DNA of 50,171 nucleotides from Candidatus Omnitrophota bacterium (GTDB lineage Bacteria; Omnitrophota; Omnitrophia; Omnitrophales; JAQTRP01): NCBI GenBank assembly GCA_028711765.1, contig JAQTRP010000001.1, positions 1 to 50,171 of the forward strand, read 5' to 3'. Shown piece by piece: positions 42,954 to 50,171 of this stretch (position 1 is its first letter; each line of letters starts with the position of its first letter). The notes under the pieces were generated by a model. It saw only the letters and a program-made list of their open reading frames with translations, ran no database searches and was not told where the DNA came from. The position numbers and the translations under genes were made by a program.

Positions 42954-44093
42954 CACATCTAAACGGTAGACCCGGATGGCCGCACCAGAGACAGGACAAT
43001 GCTTCTCGCAGTGGCCGCAACCGCGGCAGTTATCTTCCCTAACGACAGGACATGGTACACCCTTATTCTCCGTGCTGCCGACCGCGAGATAGGGGCAAAA
43101 CTCGCTGCAGACCATACAAAGCTCGCCCTTAGACCAAGCTATACAGGCCGAGCGGTTAACGCGCGCGAGCCCCACGCGGACGTTACGTTTTACCGAAAGC
43201 TTGAGCGGCCTAATCGCGCTAGTCGGGCAGGAAAGACCGCAGCGGTTGCAGTATTCGTCGCACTCACCTATTCGCGGTACAAGCCGTGGAGTAAAAATTC
43301 CGTCCCAGCCCGACTCCGTAACGCAGGGCTGGAGTCCGTTGGTTATGCATGCCTTAATGCAATTTCCGCAGCGCACACAGGTTTCCTTAAAAAACTTCTC
43401 CGGCACAGCCCCCGGCGGGCGGATGAGTCTCTCATCGGCGTAAGATGACCTCGCGAGGCTCAGCAAAGCCCCGGCGGCAAGCCCTCCCCCAATAGCGGCG
43501 ATAGCGGTGCGCCTCGAAATATCAACTTCCGTCTTCTGCTTATTCACCAAATAAAGACGCAGCTTCTTCGCCTCTTCGGCGAAAGTGCCGAGCGGACAGA
43601 GATTAAAACACCAAAATCTCTTGCCAAAAAAATTGAGAATAGAAACGACTGCGGCCGGAACGAGAAACCACAAGCCGAGAACGTAAACCGGTCTTTTAAA
43701 CACACTTAGGACGCGGGCGAAAATAACTACGGGATCAAAAATTCCTATGAGGTTCAGGAAAAGGAGCGATGCACCGAATAAAAATAGGAAAACGACGACA
43801 TTTAGCCCGCGGACATTGGACTTCCACCTGCTAAGTGACGGCAGGATATCCTGAATAAATCCGACGGGGCAGATATTCCAGCAGAAAAATCTTCCCTTCC
43901 ATAAAGAAAGCAAAACAATTAATCCCGCCGGAATAAGCCATAAAAAGGAAACACTGTTAAGGCGCAGAAAATTACCAATTTGAAGCGTGGGGCTTATCGC
44001 GGCGGCGATACCGGCGGCATTTTCCAAAACAAACCTGCCGAGGAAGAATACGAAAATCGCAAAGAAAATAAGTTGCGTTACACGGCGCATCAT
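42951..44093 (-). CDS. Membrane-bound polyferredoxin (NapH/MauN-like 4Fe-4S binding protein)
   Basis: TM region with CWNICPVG and CFNLCPLG motifs. C-terminal ferredoxin clusters CVRCGNCIKAC, CNRCGLSCP, CMVCSEFCP and CRGCGHCEKHCP. The track start 44096 is a TTG; I use the ATG at 44093. Confidence 0.8.
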   Translation of the reverse strand: MMRRVTQLIFFAIFVFFLGRFVLENAAGIAAAISPTLQIGNFLRLNSVSFLWLIPAGLIVLLSLWKGRFFCWNICPVGFIQDILPSLSRWKSNVRGLNVVVFLFLFGASLLFLNLIGIFDPVVIFARVLSVFKRPVYVLGLWFLVPAAVVSILNFFGKRFWCFNLCPLGTFAEEAKKLRLYLVNKQKTEVDISRRTAIAAIGGGLAAGALLSLARSSYADERLIRPPGAVPEKFFKETCVRCGNCIKACITNGLQPCVTESGWDGIFTPRLVPRIGECDEYCNRCGLSCPTSAIRPLKLSVKRNVRVGLARVNRSACIAWSKGELCMVCSEFCPYLAVGSTENKGVPCPVVREDNCRGCGHCEKHCPVSGAAIRVYRLDV

Positions 44094-44130
44094 CAAAATC
44101 CTAATTTTGAAATACTAAATTCCAAACAAA

Positions 44131-44182
44131 CGCATTTGTGTACCTGGTACCGTATCCAAGCAGTACCAGGTACACAAATGCG
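44131..44182. repeat. GTACCTGGTACC-core palindromic element, copy 6 (loop subtype C)
   Basis: CGCATTTGTGTACCTGGTACCG-TATCCAAG-CAGTACCAGGTACACAAATGCG. Confidence 0.9.
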
Positions 44183-44189
44183 AACAAGA

Positions 44190-45128
44190 TCACAGATTTG
44201 CCCTGCGGATATCAACTTTATTCAAATCGATCTCGCCGAGCCCGCGCTTAGAAGCCTCAACAATGTGCTCCACGTCGTAGCCGCTCATGCTGAAAAGGCC
44301 GGCCGCGAAGCTGTCGCAGGCGACCTGATCGGTGCCCGCGATAACTTGATTCGGCGCCGCGACCTTGCCCGGCCCCTTTGGCCCGTTCGTCAGCAAAATC
44401 CTCGTCGCGTCAATGACAATGAGATTGGGCCTTAAGACCGTGCTTATATCGGCGATGCAACGGTTTAAACCGTGCAGATGGAAATACCCCCGATCCTCGA
44501 CCGCCCCCATATGATTTTTCATTCCGATTGTAAGCTTAGATGCACTATGCACTTTCGCAATCGGCATATTTATAAAGACATCGGCTCCTAGTACATTTTT
44601 GGCGACTGCTGCCTTCTTGAGAATCTCCCCCTTCGGAATATCGATCTCCTCAAAATCCGATTTGTTCTCAAGGGCCTTTAGTTTCGCTTTAGTTCCTTTC
44701 ACGGCATCATTCATACCGGTTACTTTAAACGCGCTCTTGAAATTGTCGCAAGTGTTCTCAACAACCGTAACTTCGCCCGCCCCCGCTTCGTAACAAAGTT
44801 CTATCATTCCGCGGACAAGCTCAGGGTGAGTGGTCGCGGCCTCGTCCGGGGTGCGCTCCCAGGCGGCGTTCGGTTTTATCACAACTCTATTGCTGCTTTT
44901 GACAAAATTGCCGATGCCGCCGAAGGGTTGGAGGACCTTGGCGAGCATTTTTTTCTTATCCTCACCTTTAACCACAGAAACAATCGGGCGGCGAGAGGGC
45001 GGCTTCTCTGACGGCAGCACCTGAATTACTTGAGAAAATACACGCTTAGGAAAAATCTGCGGGATAAAAACGGGGCCTAAAAACAGGGCGAGATTTTTTA
45101 GAAATTGACGGCGTGGTATTTTTTCCAC
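44190..45128 (-). CDS. DUF362-family protein with a twin-arginine signal
   Basis: MEKIPRRQFLKNLALFLG is Tat-type. VVIKPNAAW...TTHPELVRGMIELC resembles the DUF362 core. GTG start. Confidence 0.65.
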   Translation of the reverse strand: MEKIPRRQFLKNLALFLGPVFIPQIFPKRVFSQVIQVLPSEKPPSRRPIVSVVKGEDKKKMLAKVLQPFGGIGNFVKSSNRVVIKPNAAWERTPDEAATTHPELVRGMIELCYEAGAGEVTVVENTCDNFKSAFKVTGMNDAVKGTKAKLKALENKSDFEEIDIPKGEILKKAAVAKNVLGADVFINMPIAKVHSASKLTIGMKNHMGAVEDRGYFHLHGLNRCIADISTVLRPNLIVIDATRILLTNGPKGPGKVAAPNQVIAGTDQVACDSFAAGLFSMSGYDVEHIVEASKRGLGEIDLNKVDIRRANL

Positions 45129-45160
45129 TACCTATAACCCCCAACCCATCACCTATAACC

Positions 45161-46945
45161 TCAAGCAAGCCTGTGCCTTAATGCCTCGTGCTCTTCCATG
45201 ATTTCTTTGGGAAGACTCGCGCCAAACTGCTCGAGAAACGGTTTTTGGCTGTCTAATTCCTTCTTCCAGACTTCTTTGTCAACGTAGAGAAGCCTCTCAA
45301 GGCTAGGGCGATCTAAGTTAAGACCTGTCATATCCAAATCCTCAGGGCGCGGTATAAAACCGATGGGGGTGCGGATCGCGTCAATTCTATTGTTGCAACG
45401 GGCGAGTATCCATTCGAGGATCCTCAGGTTCTCGCTATAACCCGGCCATAGAAAACCACCGTTCTCGTCTACGCGGAACCAGTTAACGTTGAATATCTTG
45501 GGCTGCTTGGCCATGCGCTTTCCCATATCGAGCCAGTGCCTGAAGTAATCGCCCATGTTGTAACCGCAGAAAGGCAACATCGCCATCGGGTCGCGCCTCA
45601 CTTCGCCCAATTCGCCATACTGCGCCGCTGTGCGCTCAGAGGCCATCGTAGAACCGACATAGACACCATGTTGCCATGAAAAACTTTCGTAAACCAAAGG
45701 GGCAACGTGAGCGCGGCGCCCGCCAAAAATTATCGCGGAAATCGGAACGCCGTGATGGTGCTCTAAGCGAAATGAAATCGACGGGCACTGGCTTGCCGGA
45801 ACGGTAAAACGGCTGTTGGGATGAGCCCCCAGAACGGGCTTCCCCTTATCGTCAACCATGCCCGGCCTCCACGGTCTGCCACGCCAGTCGAGGGCCTCCT
45901 TGGGCGGCGGGTCGTCGCTGCCTTCCCACCACACTGTATCTTCGGGTGTAAGAACAACGTTGGTAAAAATCGTGTTCCGCTTGAGCATTTGAACGGCATT
46001 AGGATTTGACTTGGAATTGGTGCCCGGCACAACACCGAAGAAACCCGATTCCGGGTTAATCGCCCACAGCGCGCCGTCCGAATCGATCCTCATCCACGCG
46101 ATATCATCGCCCACAGTCCATACGCGGTATCCTTTTCTCTTAAGCCCTTCGGGCGGGATAAGCATCGCGAGGTTTGTCTTTCCGCAGGCGCTAGGAAAAG
46201 CTGCCGCGATGTATTCGATATGTCCGTCCGGCTCTTCGATCCCGAGTATGAGCATGTGCTCCGCCATCCAACCTTCTTTTTTGCCAAGATAGCTTGCGAT
46301 TCTGAGGGCAAGACACTTCTTGCCCAATAGCACGTTGCCGCCATAACCCGAACCGATGCTCCAGATCGCGTTATCTTCCGGAAAATGAAGGATCATGCGC
46401 TTAGTAACATCCAGATCCGCTTTACTGTGAAGGCATTCCGTAAAATCCCCTTCGGTGCCTAATTTTTCAAGCACCGGAGTTCCGATGTGGGTCATAATCC
46501 GCATATTCAGGACTACATAAATACTATCGGTAAGCTCGACGCCGATTTTGCTGAATGGCGAACCTACGGGGCCCATCGAAAACGGTATCACATACATCGC
46601 GCGGGCGGCCATAGAACCGTCAAAGAGCTTTTTGGCGGTTTTGTAGGCCTCGGCGGGCTTCATCCAATTGTTTGTCGGACCGGCGTCTTCTTTCTTCGAC
46701 GTACAAATATAGGTAAGGTGTTCGGTGCGGGCAACGTCATTTTCGGCGGTGCGGTGATACATACAGCCAGGGAGTTTCTTTTGATCAAGCTCGATAAGCT
46801 CGCCTGTTTTAAAAGCCTCGTGCTCCAGGGCACGCTTCTCTTCTTCCGTCCCGGTAATCCACACGATCCGGTCCGGCTTGCAGAGCCGTGCCATGTCCGC
46901 GACCCATTTTTTAAGTTCCTTGTTCTTAGTCGGAGCCTCGTTCAT
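45161..46945 (-). CDS. pckG: Phosphoenolpyruvate carboxykinase (GTP)
   Basis: 594 aa. FPSACGKTNLAML (kinase-1a P-loop) and the overall GTP-PEPCK pattern (GDDIAWM, WEG..). AAGGA SD. Confidence 0.9.
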   Translation of the reverse strand: MNEAPTKNKELKKWVADMARLCKPDRIVWITGTEEEKRALEHEAFKTGELIELDQKKLPGCMYHRTAENDVARTEHLTYICTSKKEDAGPTNNWMKPAEAYKTAKKLFDGSMAARAMYVIPFSMGPVGSPFSKIGVELTDSIYVVLNMRIMTHIGTPVLEKLGTEGDFTECLHSKADLDVTKRMILHFPEDNAIWSIGSGYGGNVLLGKKCLALRIASYLGKKEGWMAEHMLILGIEEPDGHIEYIAAAFPSACGKTNLAMLIPPEGLKRKGYRVWTVGDDIAWMRIDSDGALWAINPESGFFGVVPGTNSKSNPNAVQMLKRNTIFTNVVLTPEDTVWWEGSDDPPPKEALDWRGRPWRPGMVDDKGKPVLGAHPNSRFTVPASQCPSISFRLEHHHGVPISAIIFGGRRAHVAPLVYESFSWQHGVYVGSTMASERTAAQYGELGEVRRDPMAMLPFCGYNMGDYFRHWLDMGKRMAKQPKIFNVNWFRVDENGGFLWPGYSENLRILEWILARCNNRIDAIRTPIGFIPRPEDLDMTGLNLDRPSLERLLYVDKEVWKKELDSQKPFLEQFGASLPKEIMEEHEALRHRLA

Positions 46946-47017
46946 CGGAATTCCTTTCGCACGCTTATTATATGTGGAATCGCGTTTGGGCTCAATACAA
47001 AAACTTATGGGGAATTT

Positions 47018-47716
47018 TCAGGAATGCAAAAGAGACGACAAAATGTGGACCCACACATAATAAAGACCCACTATAACAAAAATGATTCCTGTCGCCTTTC
47101 TCGCGTATAACTCGATTTTTGTAACTTTGTCAAACCATTGACTCAACGACTTGACGCCCATGGCAATCATAACGGAAAAGATAAATACCGGAAGACCTGT
47201 GCCTATGCCGTAAACAAAAGGCAGTATTGCGCCAAATTTATGGTTTAGCGACAGCGGGATAAGGCTTCCGAAAAATAAAGCCGCTGAAATCGGGCAAAAG
47301 GACAGGGCAAAAATAATGCCCAGCGCAAACGCCCCTCCGATCCCGGCTCCGGCAAGGCTCGTTTGCCTGTCTTGACCGATCGAAAAACCTGAGAAATTAA
47401 ACTTAAGGATATCCAAGAGAAAAAGTCCGGCTACGATTAAGACGGGCCCCAAAAGTTTATTCATGTACTTCTGCAGAAAAAGAGCCGATTGCTGGACACT
47501 TAAAAGAGAGAAAATAATGGCAAGGGCTAAAACTGCGTACGCAATCATTCTGCCGAGAGAATAAAAGACACCGGAGAGTAAAACCGCTTTGGGATGAGCA
47601 ATCTTTTTTGATATGAAAGAAACCGCGGCTATATTGGTTGCGAGGGGACAAGGACTGATCGAAGTCAGGATTCCAAGCCAGAGCGCAGAAAGAAAACCGA
47701 CGAGCATCTCCATCAT
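47018..47716 (-). CDS. CcdA/DsbD-like thiol-disulfide transporter membrane protein (ArsG-like)
   Basis: Six TM helices with SISPCPLATN in TM1. Its ATG overlaps the stop of the upstream gene (ATGA). Confidence 0.65.
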   Translation of the reverse strand: MMEMLVGFLSALWLGILTSISPCPLATNIAAVSFISKKIAHPKAVLLSGVFYSLGRMIAYAVLALAIIFSLLSVQQSALFLQKYMNKLLGPVLIVAGLFLLDILKFNFSGFSIGQDRQTSLAGAGIGGAFALGIIFALSFCPISAALFFGSLIPLSLNHKFGAILPFVYGIGTGLPVFIFSVMIAMGVKSLSQWFDKVTKIELYARKATGIIFVIVGLYYVWVHILSSLLHS

Positions 47717-48147
47717 TGAAGATCCTTCAGAAAATCGTTCGTTTCGCTTTTAATATAATCGAAAAACTTCTGCTTATCGCCTACGTAATCCCAGATCTTA
47801 TCGAGGTTTTTATATCTAATTTCTTTTCCGTCTTTTACAAGCGATAATACGACGGATCTTGTATAAAGACCGTAGTCTTTCATGTAATGTTCGTTTTCCT
47901 TTTCCTCGGCGTTCACAACCTTAAAAACAAGTTTTCCCGAGCTAAGCTCATCCTTGTAGCTGCTTTCGATCGCCTCTTTCGTGTACTGCTCAAGCTTGTG
48001 GCAGGTCGGACAGCGAAAGTTGCCGTGAAAATAATAAACAATAACGTTTGCATTTACCTTATTGCTTGTATTGTCCGCATCGGCGATAGGGCAAAACGCG
48101 ACGAAAAACGAGGCAAGAATTGCCGAAAAAAGTAGTTTTCTCATCAT
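47713..48147 (-). CDS. Secreted thioredoxin-fold CxxC protein (ArsF-like)
   Basis: Signal peptide MMRKLLFSAILASFFVAFCPIADA, then FRCPTCHKLE. I use the ATG at 48147 (GGAGG upstream), which overlaps the stop of the preceding gene (ATGA). Confidence 0.65.
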   Translation of the reverse strand: MMRKLLFSAILASFFVAFCPIADADNTSNKVNANVIVYYFHGNFRCPTCHKLEQYTKEAIESSYKDELSSGKLVFKVVNAEEKENEHYMKDYGLYTRSVVLSLVKDGKEIRYKNLDKIWDYVGDKQKFFDYIKSETNDFLKDLQ

Positions 48148-48383
48148 ATTTCCTCCTCGATCCATTTTTTTATTTCGTCAACGTTGGGGATCCTGCCGCT
48201 GGATTTTAGTTTACCGTTAATTTTCAATCCCGGCGTGTGCATAATACCGGCATCCACAATTTTAGCGATATCCCTAATCTTTTCTACATCGGCAGTTACG
48301 CCGGCTTTAGAAACCGCTTCCCTCGCCCTTTTTTCAATCTCCACGCATCTCGGACAACCCGGACCAAAAATTTCAATTTTCAT
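48144..48383 (-). CDS. Small thioredoxin-family protein (redox-active disulfide protein 2 type)
   Basis: 79 aa. MKIEIFGPGCPRC... is the typical CPxC N-terminus. Such genes commonly sit next to ArsR and permease genes. Confidence 0.75.
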   Translation of the reverse strand: MKIEIFGPGCPRCVEIEKRAREAVSKAGVTADVEKIRDIAKIVDAGIMHTPGLKINGKLKSSGRIPNVDEIKKWIEEEI

Positions 48384-48409
48384 GTGATGTAACCCTCCCG
48401 TAAGAATGT

Positions 48410-48455
48410 CTTTATGTACCTGGTACCGTATCCAAGCAGTACCAGGTATATAAAG
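48410..48455. repeat. GTACCTGGTACC-core palindromic element, copy 7 (loop subtype C)
   Basis: CTTTATGTACCTGGTACCG-TATCCAAG-CAGTACCAGGTATATAAAG. Same loop as copy 6. Confidence 0.9.
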
Positions 48456-48461
48456 GCTTTG

Positions 48462-49514
48462 CTAAAAGACCGGTACCAACACCCAAAATATCAAACCAGC
48501 TATAACACCGCAAACCCACATCAATACCGAATACACAGCCGGCACTTTCGGATCTACGATCTTGCAGACGCCGAGTATCGAGGGCAGGCTCAGCGCCGGG
48601 CCGGTAAGCAAATGCGCCATCGCAGCGCCTGTCCCCATTCCCGACTCAAGTAGTCCTCTTATTAATGGCGCCTCCACAATGCTGGGCACGTACATTAAAA
48701 CGCCGATTGCCGATGCGAGCATTATCGGGAAAATACCGACACCTAGATACTTAATAATAAAAGAGGGCGGAAGAAAAGCCTTGATCAAACCCGCAAAAAC
48801 AACTCCGATAAGAATAAGCGGGAGAACCATCTTTACAAATTCCCAAGAGTAAAGAAGCATATTGACTATTCTCTTGCCAAAGCTTTTCTTTTCTTCGGCA
48901 ACGTCTGTCTCAGACTCAATGTGCAAAGGTTCGGGCTTTTTTATCCTTTTTGCCATTACTTTATCGGTTATATATCCCACGAGCATACCGGCAGTCATCG
49001 CGATAATAACCCTTGCAACGGTAAATTTCCATCCCAGAAGGGCGAAATTCAAGAACAAGGCCGCGGGATTAAAAGCCGGCGCCGCGAGCAAAAACGCGAT
49101 TGCGGGGCCAAGTCCCGCCCCACGCCTATAAAGACCTCCAAAAATAGGGATAACACTGCATGAACACATAGAAAGAACGGGGCCGCCGCCCGCGCCTATC
49201 AAATACGGCAAAAAGCCGCGCCCTGACCCCAAGAGCTTCATTACTTTTTCCTGAGGGATAAACTCCTGAATCGCCCCGGCTGCTAAAAACGCGAGAAGAA
49301 GGCAAAGCCAGGAGTACTTTATGTACTCGATAATCGTAAATATGACGAGGGCGTAAATCGGTATCTGCTTCTCTTCAAGAAATTCCCTCGTAATCTGTTT
49401 CTGATCCTTGAGGGCAGATTTGTAACCCTGCCACGACCCGCCCCATTCATAAACGATTATGACGGCGAAAATCAGCAAAACAACCGCTATCGCCAGAATC
49501 GCTCTCTTGTCCAT
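48462..49514 (-). CDS. Permease of the UPF0718/ArsP-like family
   Basis: 350 aa and polytopic. A vicinal-cysteine motif LSMCSCSVIPIF lies in a TM segment, as in ArsP-type permeases. Confidence 0.65.
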   Translation of the reverse strand: MDKRAILAIAVVLLIFAVIIVYEWGGSWQGYKSALKDQKQITREFLEEKQIPIYALVIFTIIEYIKYSWLCLLLAFLAAGAIQEFIPQEKVMKLLGSGRGFLPYLIGAGGGPVLSMCSCSVIPIFGGLYRRGAGLGPAIAFLLAAPAFNPAALFLNFALLGWKFTVARVIIAMTAGMLVGYITDKVMAKRIKKPEPLHIESETDVAEEKKSFGKRIVNMLLYSWEFVKMVLPLILIGVVFAGLIKAFLPPSFIIKYLGVGIFPIMLASAIGVLMYVPSIVEAPLIRGLLESGMGTGAAMAHLLTGPALSLPSILGVCKIVDPKVPAVYSVLMWVCGVIAGLIFWVLVPVF

Positions 49515-49539
49515 TATATTTCTTCTCTCGGTGACAGCT

Positions 49540-49884
49540 TCAGGGTTTGCAAATTTTGTTTCTATTTATCACGGCTGCCTTTTTACTATCCTTCAAAATG
49601 GCTGGCTTGTCCTTCAAAACTGCAGCTATCACTTTAAACTGCGGCTTAACAACCCTGTCTTTCGTATCTCTCGCCAGATAATAATCGACAAAGTAACCGT
49701 TCTTTTTATCTTTAATAAGCCCGGCATCTTTCAAAAACTTAAGATGCTCCGATGTACTCGATTGCGTGATTCCCAGAACGCGCGTTAGTTCGCACACGCA
49801 CATAGGCCGTACCTCGAGCATCTTTAATATGCGAAGCCGATTCTTATCCGAGAGCGCTTTGTATATTTTAAGGAGTTTATCCAT
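49540..49884 (-). CDS. ArsR/SmtB-family transcriptional regulator
   Basis: ALSDKNRLRILKML..PMCVCEL...LGITQSSTSEHLKFLKDAGLI is a winged HTH with a CVC metal(loid)-site motif. Confidence 0.85.
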   Translation of the reverse strand: MDKLLKIYKALSDKNRLRILKMLEVRPMCVCELTRVLGITQSSTSEHLKFLKDAGLIKDKKNGYFVDYYLARDTKDRVVKPQFKVIAAVLKDKPAILKDSKKAAVINRNKICKP

Positions 49885-49906
49885 ATCGGTAGTTACCGAT
49901 ATGGAT
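49879..49906. promoter_or_regulatory. 13-2-13 perfect palindrome, candidate ArsR operator
   Basis: ATCCATATCGGTA-GT-TACCGATATGGAT. The arsR ATG (49884..49882) lies inside one half-site. Confidence 0.5.
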
Positions 49907-50002
49907 TATAGCAGGTATTCGGAGGATGTCAATGGGGCAGGCACAGATTATCATAGATGGGTACTTGGAATCTCAACTGCGCAGATGACCACAGATAAAC
50001 GG

Positions 50003-50171
50003 TTATTGGTCATGTTTTGGGAAGACCATAGCGATTTTGCTCAGCGCACCGATTAATCTTTCGACATCTTTGTCGCTATGAGCCGCGCTGACGGAAATCC
50101 TGAGCCTCGATGAGCCTTTGGGCACGGTGGGGGGGCGTATGCCCGGGACAAAAACACCTTCATTGAGCAGG
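50003..50171 (-). CDS. bioF: 8-amino-7-oxononanoate synthase (BioF)-like aminotransferase, C-terminal 55 codons only
   Basis: Not in the ORF track (runs off the right edge). Hand translation: [66 protein letters not shown]...SA.H is the BioF/Kbl family C-terminal signature. Confidence 0.7.
   Translation of the reverse strand, partial: LLNEGVFVPGIRPPTVPKGSSRLRISVSAAHSDKDVERLIGALSKIAMVFPKHDQ

Noticed and set aside
1-50171. Genomic island, prophage or integrative element interpretation of the window
   Set aside because: I recognised no integrase, transposase, recombinase, tRNA attachment site, phage structural gene or toxin-antitoxin pair. Housekeeping genes (rpsU, cspA, pckG, cdaA, trkAH, bioF) are interspersed throughout.

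Overview
This looks like a chromosomal segment from a diderm bacterium, probably an anaerobe. The evidence is TolC, OmpA/Pal-like and lipobox proteins, several Tat signals and polyferredoxin genes. I cannot assign taxonomy from the sequence alone. I saw no rRNA, tRNA, CRISPR array, transposase, integrase or phage genes. All recognised genes except one (41022..42869) are on the minus strand.

Ordinary content: bS21, CspA, TrkA/TrkH K+ uptake, a TolC-HlyD-2xABC ATPase-2xABC-2 permease efflux operon, CdaA (c-di-AMP synthase), a stand-alone PilZ protein, a B12-type radical SAM enzyme, an OmpA/LysM protein, a MacB/FtsX-type ABC pair, GTP-dependent PEPCK, an ArsR-headed thiol-redox/permease cluster and a BioF-like 3' fragment.

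Unusual content:
1. Two paralogous giant ORFs. One is complete (3210 codons, 27134..36766). The other is absent from the supplied ORF track because it runs off the left edge. I translated it by hand: at least 2184 codons with no stop, 1..6554.
- Both start with a membrane anchor and a TraB/Tiki-like motif pair, then diverge.
- The complete ORF is a chain of unrelated enzyme-like modules: a kinase-like core, an internal RR-hydrophobic segment plus HExxH, and a GNAT motif.
- The modules are separated by a recurring G-x-S-L-G linker. Three of its eight sites use an identical 15-nt string.
- The ORF is translationally coupled (ATGA overlap) to an HTH-PilZ, presumably c-di-GMP-responsive, regulator.
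- I read it as a candidate polyprotein or multi-enzyme system of unknown function.
2. A dense, diverse set of small non-coding repeats.
- A GTACCTGGTACC-core palindrome family has seven full copies. One sits in frame inside the giant ORF at the left edge.
- 7- and 8-nt tandem arrays begin at stop codons and place stops in all frames.
- Two larger hairpin element families lie inside or next to operons.
- CAGAT-word clusters lie at gene 3' ends and in the cspA leader.

All functional calls come from motif recognition by eye. No database search was possible.
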